DNA of 64,000 bases from Candidatus Woesearchaeota archaeon (GTDB lineage: Archaea > Nanobdellota > Nanobdellia > Pacearchaeales > GW2011-AR1), in NCBI GenBank assembly GCA_964366325.1, contig CAYITD010000002.1, positions 100,548 to 164,547 of the forward strand, in the 5' to 3' direction. The notes beneath the pieces are model-generated. The model was given only the letters and a program-made list of their open reading frames with translations. It was not told where the DNA came from and searched no databases. Each line of letters begins with the position of its first letter. Position 1 is the first letter of the stretch. The translations under genes were made by a program, and so were the position numbers. This document shows positions 56,814 to 64,000 of this stretch, piece by piece.

Positions 56814-57027
56814 TTCCCCTAATATCTACACTATATAAACTTTATAGTGACGCAACATATACTTAAAACTAATATATTCTGATCACCTCAAAAATAAACT
56901 AAATCTCTAAAACAATTATCATATTTCAAAATCTTTTCTTGTCTAAGACAAAAGTCTTTCATTATTAAAACACAACTCACTCAATAGAGGGTTATCTCAA
57001 AAGTTAAGATTTTATCAATACAAAAAA

Positions 57028-58221
57028 TTAAAGCTCTTTTCCATCTGTTCTAGAAGTACACTGTGGATCAGCAGGATAATCTATTTTCCCATCTCTATCA
57101 TTGTCAAAGCCATCAGAACATTCAGGAACAATATTATTCTCAAATTCAGAATCATCTTGTCTTGATGAACAGCCTGTGTCAGCAGGGTAGTCAATTTTAC
57201 TATCTCCATCATCGTCCATCCCATTACTACATTGCGTTACAATAGGTTGAGGTGGCGAAGGCGGATTATTAACAACTTCACTATTTTCTGAATCGTCCTG
57301 CCTGCTCTGACATCCAGGATCAGCTGGATAATCTATTTTTCCATCGCTATCATCATCGATTCCATTACTGCATTGTGTAACAACAGGAACAGGCAAACAA
57401 GCTCCATTAGAACACCCAAAAGAACATTGTTCAACTAAAAGATCACTATTTGAACTAGAACAATATGAACCAAAAGTTCCAGGATTGCTACAAGAGTAAG
57501 CTATAAATTCTCTATAAAGATCCCCATTTCTGCAAAAGTTTTCTCCTATAAGATCATTTGTTCCGCATTGTGAATCAAAAGAACAAGTTATTGTTGAATT
57601 CAAGCAAACTCCGCTAAAGCATCCACCAGAACAAACTTCTATCAATTTCTGTTCATTAGAAGAAACACATCTTGAATTAGTAGTTCCAGGATTCTCACAC
57701 TTATAAGAAACAAAAGATCTCAATATGTCATTAACAGAACAAAAAGGCTCAGAAATAAATCCACTTGTTCCGCACTGTAAATCAGAAGAGCAAACAATAT
57801 TACTGCTTCCACCACTTCTTCTCTTACTTGATCTCACAACATCGCAAACATCCCCTATTCCGTCAAGATCCTTGTCTTCTTGATCAGTGTTGTAATGTTG
57901 TCTACAGTTATCACAACTATCAACTACACCATCACTATCTGTATCAATATCATTTCCAGGCTCGTATTTGCACTGCTCATCATAATTCAAGGATCCATAG
58001 TCAAATATATTCCCATAATCCGAAGAATTTAAGTTAAAATCACGATAAAAAGAATTCCCTAAGTCAGAATTAAGAAGATTATAATCACTAGAAGTCTTAT
58101 CAACCTCAGGTGTGTTGGAAAAACTCAAAAGCATGATATTCAAAAATATTAAAAACAACAAAACTAATCCAAGGAATACAAAAACTTCCTTCTTTCCAGA
58201 GCCATTTTTTCTATCTGTCAT
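57028..58221 (-). CDS. Membrane-anchored Cys-rich protein with TSP3-like repeat and three CS.G.D.D.DGKIDYPAD.GC repeats
   Basis: DTDSDGVVDSCDNC....NTDQED.D.DGIGDVCD; two CS.D.QCGT modules; three terminal repeats. Confidence 0.85.
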   Translation of the reverse strand: MTDRKNGSGKKEVFVFLGLVLLFLIFLNIMLLSFSNTPEVDKTSSDYNLLNSDLGNSFYRDFNLNSSDYGNIFDYGSLNYDEQCKYEPGNDIDTDSDGVVDSCDNCRQHYNTDQEDKDLDGIGDVCDVVRSSKRRSGGSSNIVCSSDLQCGTSGFISEPFCSVNDILRSFVSYKCENPGTTNSRCVSSNEQKLIEVCSGGCFSGVCLNSTITCSFDSQCGTNDLIGENFCRNGDLYREFIAYSCSNPGTFGSYCSSSNSDLLVEQCSFGCSNGACLPVPVVTQCSNGIDDDSDGKIDYPADPGCQSRQDDSENSEVVNNPPSPPQPIVTQCSNGMDDDGDSKIDYPADTGCSSRQDDSEFENNIVPECSDGFDNDRDGKIDYPADPQCTSRTDGKEL

Positions 58222-58290
58222 TTTAAAATAATAACATGAAACACCAGAATCAGTATAAAAAGATTGTTATAGTGCAAGATATGCAATATT

Positions 58291-59661
58291 TCAATATTTC
58301 TCAACCAGAATAGTCAAATAATCCTCATTAAAATCACTAGTTGTTATTTTTAGTCTTGATAATTTGTCATCAAAAGTTTCCCCTTTTCTTAAAACCACAT
58401 CTTTCATATTACTATCTGGTCTCATATCAATCAGTTGCGATCTTCCCCCTCCTGAATTTACATTGACCCTAATCATAGCTCCATCATATAAATCGCTTCC
58501 ATGTTGCAATGCGAAAGAATCAAAACCTACTGATCTTCTATATTCTATATAATACTTAAAACCGAAAGAAGAATCTAGAACAATTGTTTTAATTCTCTCC
58601 CCTTTTTTTTCAATAGGATATATTCTATACTCTCCACTTGCAGGGTTCTCTAGTATGTTATTTCCATCAAACCATCCAAGTTGTTTTTTATAAATAGAAT
58701 TAAAATGCCCAGTTAAAGAAGGCCAGCCCATAACATCAAACATATCTTCATACTGAATAGAATTGCATTCATTATAATCACCCATAGGTTTCGCTCCACA
58801 TTGATAATAATTAGAATGGGATAATCCTAAAGTGTGTCCAAACTCATGTACTCCGACCCCATTATTTATATTATTCAAACTATTCAAAAATAAAACACCA
58901 TATGTGAAATTACCTTCATTTGTTATAACTCTTTTACCTCCTTCAAAGGACGCGCCTCCATAAGAACACCCTCCAGAAGTTATAACTATCAGTCTGCTAT
59001 ATTTACCAAAGTCTATTTCTCCATCAGACAAAGATATTGCTTTTTTAAGTAAATTTCCAGTAGTACAACTCTGGCTATTAGCTTCTTCCTGTGTCTGATA
59101 CCATCCAAAAACCTTTCCAGAAAGGAAAGTCTTTCCATAAGAAACTTCTTTCAAATAACTATTAATAGAATTTCCCCTGGCTTCAGAAAATACTCTTGCA
59201 TCTATCTCTTTCAAAGTTTCTCCAACAAAATTTCCATTAGAAAAATTTAGAAGTACAACTGCTGTTTTCTGTTCTCCAATCTGTTTATATTTTTCAGTTC
59301 TTAAACTTCCAGATTCTCCAGAATAGCCTCCAGCATTTCCAAGAACATTTCTTTCTCTCAAACTCCAAAAACCATCAACAACGATTTCTTTGCCTTTTCT
59401 TATTCCTTCTAAACCTACTAAACTTCCGGAACTAGGCATTGTCAAACCTCTAGAAAGACTAAGAGTATATTCTGAACCATCATCACCAAAAAAAACATCC
59501 TCTTCCTTATGATCAGAATCTGAATACTCGTAATTGATTCTAACAATTTCCCCAGTCATTAAGTTGTTATTATTGCGGTTCCCCACATCTCTCAAGGTTT
59601 TAGCATCTGCAATTCCAAATAACAAAAGCGATAATACAATAAAAATTAACATTTTTTTCAT
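58291..59661 (-). CDS. Secreted M6/M11-like metalloprotease (paralog 4)
   Basis: IGEQKTAVVLLNF, VFGWY, HEFGHTLGLSH, DVMG, IEYRR. Confidence 0.85.
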   Translation of the reverse strand: MKKMLIFIVLSLLLFGIADAKTLRDVGNRNNNNLMTGEIVRINYEYSDSDHKEEDVFFGDDGSEYTLSLSRGLTMPSSGSLVGLEGIRKGKEIVVDGFWSLRERNVLGNAGGYSGESGSLRTEKYKQIGEQKTAVVLLNFSNGNFVGETLKEIDARVFSEARGNSINSYLKEVSYGKTFLSGKVFGWYQTQEEANSQSCTTGNLLKKAISLSDGEIDFGKYSRLIVITSGGCSYGGASFEGGKRVITNEGNFTYGVLFLNSLNNINNGVGVHEFGHTLGLSHSNYYQCGAKPMGDYNECNSIQYEDMFDVMGWPSLTGHFNSIYKKQLGWFDGNNILENPASGEYRIYPIEKKGERIKTIVLDSSFGFKYYIEYRRSVGFDSFALQHGSDLYDGAMIRVNVNSGGGRSQLIDMRPDSNMKDVVLRKGETFDDKLSRLKITTSDFNEDYLTILVEKY

Positions 59662-59777
59662 AAAACTCCACACTTTTAGGTTATTTAAACGTTTGTTTTT
59701 AACTACTAACTAGATACTACATACTAACAATCTCTAGCTTTCTTCATATAATTTAGTATGACCTTTCAACTCTGCAA

Positions 59778-59829
59778 AAAAATCCCATAGAATAAAAATA
59801 CTCCACAGCTTACTGTGATTGGGATTTTT
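59778..59829 (-). terminator. Stem-loop just downstream of protease paralog 5
   Basis: aaaatccca...tgggatttt outer stem, cacag-ctta-ctgtg inner stem, T-run on the minus strand. Confidence 0.45.
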
Positions 59830-61906
59830 ATTGAAGGTTATTAACTGGATTTTTAGGCACTTTTGTAGGGATTGGTCCACCTTGTGGAGAATAAGTACAG
59901 TATCCGTCTGTGCACCATGTGTTACAAGATTGGACTTTTGAATTAGCGAAAGTTTCATTTCTTACCGCATCCCAGTCGCAGATATATTCTCTCACCATAG
60001 TTGTGTTGAAGCATGAATCTTGGACGTTTATTCTATATGCTTCAATGTTTACTATGCCTTTTCTGTATGGCTTGTCTCCTCCATCGCTGTCTGTACAAAT
60101 TGCTTTGCATATGCTTGGCTGTCCAGAACATTCAAAATAAGTTTGAATTTGGCATGTTGAAGAACAGCCATCAGGATTGTTTAGATTTCCATCGTCGCAT
60201 TGTTCTCCTTGTTCTATTACTCCATCTCCACAATTATCCTCATTATCATCTCCAGGGTCAGAACATCCATAATCTTCTAGGTCTATCTTTCCATCTCCAT
60301 CATTATCTATTCCATCAAAACATAGAGGTGCTCTTGGGCTATCGGAAACTCTTACAAAAGCTCCTGTATTATCTACTCCCAAAACAGAAACATAAACATT
60401 TCCCTCTCCACTAGGCAGAACTCTTTCCTGTCCAACTCTCAAAACAGAATCATGTGAATCTTCAATTTGCATGGAATTAGAATTGTCTTGTCTTGGAGTT
60501 GCATCTAAAAGTTGGGAAGAAGCAGAGCCTACACCGCCATCATTATAAGTAGTTTTTCTATTTATTTCTAAAAACACCCCACTTATACTTGCATTATCGT
60601 TTGTCAAATCTAGATCAGAGCCTAGAGGTCGCCTATATTCAATATAATAATAAACTTGGCGATTGTTTTCATCCTTATAGTAGAACTTTAAACCTTGAGG
60701 AAACAAAGGATCATTATTGACCTCCAAAGGTTCGATATTATATATTCCATAATTACTATCATCCAAAGAAACTATCTCTCCAAGATTCATCCAACCAGCT
60801 CTTTCTTTTTGAGGCAAACTCATATGCCTTGTCTCTACCAAAATACCATTATCAGGACGACCCATTATGCACAAGTAGTCTCCATATATTAAATTCGTGT
60901 TCTCGATTCTGCCAAAATGATAATTGTTCCCGCAATAATTTTCTTCACCTATAATTTCTGGCCCACATTCCAAATCAGCAGAATGTAAAATCCCAAACTG
61001 ATGCCCCATTTCATGTGCTGTAGTTCCCGCATCCCATCCAGTAGGACCATTCAAATAAGAATGAGACATTCTTATAGAAGGAGAAGAGCTATACCCTCTA
61101 ATAATCGTAGTAGAAAGTCCATTATAATTGCATCTATTTTGGTTTAAAGACATAAAAAAAACTCTTTTATATTTAGAAAGCTCTTCATAAAACTCTCTCG
61201 TTGGAACAGGACTTATACGACAATCTTGAGGACTATCAGGAAAAAGAGCACACACTCTTATATCCTCAATTAGTCTGCCAAAAACATTGCTGCAATCATC
61301 AGAGCCAGAAATAGACAAATCATAATCATAATTGAGCAAACCATAAATATCTTCCGCAGAATTAAAATCTATTGATGCCCTATTATATGAAATTTCCCTA
61401 AGGTATGAATTCATTTCAGACATCAAAGCCGAAATTCCATTGTTATCTAGTGGCTGTAAATTAATTGGATCGTTCCTAAACTTAATTCTAAAAACTGCAG
61501 TTTTTTGAGCTCCTAAATTATCATTCGGAAGAACAGATGCAGGCAATCCGTTATTTAAAATATTGTAAGTAGAAACATTTATTGTGTTTCCATTCAAAGT
61601 CCCTAATAAATTAATCTGAATCCCAGAATCAAGATCTTCAGGCTCCAGGTCAAATCTAAGCTTGTAAAATCTATAATCAACAGTTTGAAGGACATATATC
61701 CCCTCATTAGAAGAACCATCCATAACTATATCTAAAGTACCCTGAAAAAATTCCGTGTCTGGGCTCTCTCTCAAGTCAATTCCTTTTTTCTCATAATATT
61801 TGCTCATATTGGAAACTAAAAAAAGAATAGAAAGTATAAGGACAATAACAATTAAAAAAAATATAATCTTTTCCGTTTTTTTCTTAGGCAAATCATAAAT
61901 CCTCAT
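59828..61906 (-). CDS. Membrane-anchored M6/M11-like metalloprotease (paralog 5) with Cys-rich C-terminal modules
   Basis: LGAQKTAVF, HEMGHQFGILH, CIMG, IEYRRP; CFDGIDND, CGDG..EQCDDGN, CTDSDGG; ATGA overlap with the upstream gene. Confidence 0.85.
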   Translation of the reverse strand: MRIYDLPKKKTEKIIFFLIVIVLILSILFLVSNMSKYYEKKGIDLRESPDTEFFQGTLDIVMDGSSNEGIYVLQTVDYRFYKLRFDLEPEDLDSGIQINLLGTLNGNTINVSTYNILNNGLPASVLPNDNLGAQKTAVFRIKFRNDPINLQPLDNNGISALMSEMNSYLREISYNRASIDFNSAEDIYGLLNYDYDLSISGSDDCSNVFGRLIEDIRVCALFPDSPQDCRISPVPTREFYEELSKYKRVFFMSLNQNRCNYNGLSTTIIRGYSSSPSIRMSHSYLNGPTGWDAGTTAHEMGHQFGILHSADLECGPEIIGEENYCGNNYHFGRIENTNLIYGDYLCIMGRPDNGILVETRHMSLPQKERAGWMNLGEIVSLDDSNYGIYNIEPLEVNNDPLFPQGLKFYYKDENNRQVYYYIEYRRPLGSDLDLTNDNASISGVFLEINRKTTYNDGGVGSASSQLLDATPRQDNSNSMQIEDSHDSVLRVGQERVLPSGEGNVYVSVLGVDNTGAFVRVSDSPRAPLCFDGIDNDGDGKIDLEDYGCSDPGDDNEDNCGDGVIEQGEQCDDGNLNNPDGCSSTCQIQTYFECSGQPSICKAICTDSDGGDKPYRKGIVNIEAYRINVQDSCFNTTMVREYICDWDAVRNETFANSKVQSCNTWCTDGYCTYSPQGGPIPTKVPKNPVNNLQ

Positions 61907-64000
61907 ATACAAGCCCCATTCAGGCATCCGTTAGGACAATTATAGAATACTCTCCCAGCCCGATATTCAGTAGAACAATAATATTCCAAAAGATTCCCAG
62001 TCCAATTTATCGTACTGCTAATCTCACTCGTGCATTTATCAACTAACGTTCCTGTCTTTGAAACTACAGCACCTCTAATATTATATTCAATTCCCCCATC
62101 GCCATCATAACATTCAAGTTTGCATAAAGAATCGCAACCATCTCCGTTATCTCTATTTCCATCTTCGCATTCTTCCGCTCCCTCTTTTATTTCATTCCCG
62201 CAAATAGTCACGCACGAAATACCTTCATCTTTACTTCCATCGCAGTCATTGTCTTTTCCATCGCAGATTTCCTGTATAGGTGTTACAAGAGAAGCATTGC
62301 AAATAGAAGTTAAGTCTCCATAGTAATCACCACAAACATAAACCCCGCTCCTCTTACATTCTCCAGCTCCAACTTCACATCTTGTTCCAACACCAAATTC
62401 TTCATCTATCTTCCCGTCACAATCGTTATCTTTCCCGTCACAAACTTCCCTATTAGAAGCGCAAAATGTGCAATCATTATCAAGCATATCTGTCTTTCCG
62501 TCGCAATCGTTGTCTTTTTTATCACCACATATTTCCAGAGGAAGTTCTCCAATAACAGAACACTGTGTTCCAGTTCCAAGAGAATTACAAACATAAGTCC
62601 CAGGTCTTGCACACAGTCCAGATCCAGTAGTACATGCTTGTCCAACATTAAATCCTTCATCTACCTGTTGATCACAATCATCATCTATATTATTTCCACA
62701 AATTTCAAAAGAAGGAACACATTGTTGTTGATTTTCACACATGGAAAAGTCATAATCATTACATTGATTGTTGCATGTCAAGTTTCCAGAGTTATAGTTA
62801 TCAAAATCAGAACACAACTTTCCTCCAACGTTTAATCCATCACATATCTCTCCATGTTCTAAATTAATATCTAAATCTCCGCATCTAGCTCCCTGAACCA
62901 TTTTAAGTAAACAAGAATTATCACAATAATTACAACTTGAACCATAACCAGGTGTACAAATTACTCCATTTTGCGTTCCAGAATCACATTGTTCAATTCC
63001 CGTGTAATTATAATTGTCTCCACATATATTAGTTCTACAAGAATTCGTACAAGAATCTTCATTATCTGTGTTTCCATCGTCGCATTGTTCTGCTCCCTGT
63101 GTTAAGTTATTTCCGCATGTTGGAGCAACTTCCTCAACCACCACATTCTCGCTTCTCGCATTAACTTCCGGTCTTTCAATGAGAGAAGCAATAAAATAAT
63201 ACTCAGGGTTTCCAAGTGTACAAATTCCAAAGATACTTCCATCACACTGCCATTCTGCATCCCATTCACTCGTTGCACTCCCATTAACAAACAAAGCATT
63301 CGAAGGTTTCACAGCCGAATTATCCCTGCTTATTCCATCATCCTCATAAACTTCAAAATTTACAAGTTTACCATCGCAGTTTAATCCCTCAACATTCAAA
63401 CTTAACTGTTCCCCCTGAACAGCAATTATGCTACTCCAGTAAACGCTATCAATCACACAATCCTGTACAAATTGACAATCTTCATAATCTTCATAATCTA
63501 CAGCAAAATCACAATCATCGTCAATTTCATTGTCACAAATTTCAGGGGAAGGAGAGCAATCAAAAATACATTGAGAATTATCAACTCTACAATTATTTAA
63601 ACAATTTAAATTTCCTGAATCATAACCATAAGTTGAACAACTTAAATTCCCAAAAGAGTTTGCATCACATTCTTCATTTCCATTTTTACTTCCATCACCG
63701 CAAATATAGCAATTTTGCAAACCTTCATCAATCTCCCCATTACAATTTTCGTCTAACCCATTACAAATTTCTATATTTAGCTCGCAATTTATAATTTCTC
63801 CGCAATTAGACACATTAAAACTGCAATCATTATTACACCTCAATAATCCTGGGCTCAAACCAAGACTTTGACAAGTTTGCAATCCAATATTGATCCCATC
63901 GCATTCCTCCATCAAAGGATCCATAATTCCATTTCCACATGTGTTTCCATTTTTTGTATTGAGTTTAAGAAGTAATGGGCCATTTTGATAACCTACATAT
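61903..64000 (-). CDS. Large Cys-rich repeat protein, 5' end outside the window
   Basis: Frame open from 64000 (YVGYQNGP..TCGNGIMDP); many EICDGKDNDCDG, CGN..EQCDDGN and EECDG..C..SG.L.C modules. Confidence 0.88.
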   Translation of the reverse strand, partial: YVGYQNGPLLLKLNTKNGNTCGNGIMDPLMEECDGINIGLQTCQSLGLSPGLLRCNNDCSFNVSNCGEIINCELNIEICNGLDENCNGEIDEGLQNCYICGDGSKNGNEECDANSFGNLSCSTYGYDSGNLNCLNNCRVDNSQCIFDCSPSPEICDNEIDDDCDFAVDYEDYEDCQFVQDCVIDSVYWSSIIAVQGEQLSLNVEGLNCDGKLVNFEVYEDDGISRDNSAVKPSNALFVNGSATSEWDAEWQCDGSIFGICTLGNPEYYFIASLIERPEVNARSENVVVEEVAPTCGNNLTQGAEQCDDGNTDNEDSCTNSCRTNICGDNYNYTGIEQCDSGTQNGVICTPGYGSSCNYCDNSCLLKMVQGARCGDLDINLEHGEICDGLNVGGKLCSDFDNYNSGNLTCNNQCNDYDFSMCENQQQCVPSFEICGNNIDDDCDQQVDEGFNVGQACTTGSGLCARPGTYVCNSLGTGTQCSVIGELPLEICGDKKDNDCDGKTDMLDNDCTFCASNREVCDGKDNDCDGKIDEEFGVGTRCEVGAGECKRSGVYVCGDYYGDLTSICNASLVTPIQEICDGKDNDCDGSKDEGISCVTICGNEIKEGAEECEDGNRDNGDGCDSLCKLECYDGDGGIEYNIRGAVVSKTGTLVDKCTSEISSTINWTGNLLEYYCSTEYRAGRVFYNCPNGCLNGACI

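Noticed and set aside
56927-57013. Short palindrome ttgtctaagacaa and weak flanking complementarity
   Set aside because: Short and AT-rich; insufficient support for a structured element
59734-60892. Several small alternate-frame ORFs
   Set aside because: Shadows of protease paralog 5

Overview
AT-rich, gene-dense chromosomal segment of an archaeon, most likely a DPANN/Pacearchaeota-type organism. Evidence: archaeal FEN1, TrmB, Trm5-like and NOP2-like methyltransferases, tRNA-Tyr with C1:G72 and a bulge-helix-bulge intron, and TATA-like boxes about 20-30 nt upstream of mostly leaderless starts. The lineage call is inference. Housekeeping genes include ppsA, sod, fen, polB and ugd. The accessory content has two themes. 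(1) A large secretome: five paralogous M6/M11-like metzincin proteases, a 1556-aa matrixin-like mosaic protein, several Cys-rich repeat proteins built from a shared module set, DsbA/thioredoxin-like proteins, a PEP-CTERM protein and a 9-Cys secreted peptide. Several modules look bacterial, from memory Phycisphaerae-like (unverified). (2) Four toxin-antitoxin pairs plus an orphan Pycsar-type membrane effector. RelBE, VapBC and the effector lie downstream of tRNA-Tyr, separated by degenerate copies of the tRNA 3' end; the first copy is interrupted by a structured 48-nt insert. One MNT-HEPN pair is bracketed by a perfect 19-bp direct repeat that contains a TATA-like box. No integrase, intact transposase, rRNA or CRISPR array was seen. 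All family calls come from motif reading, not database searches.
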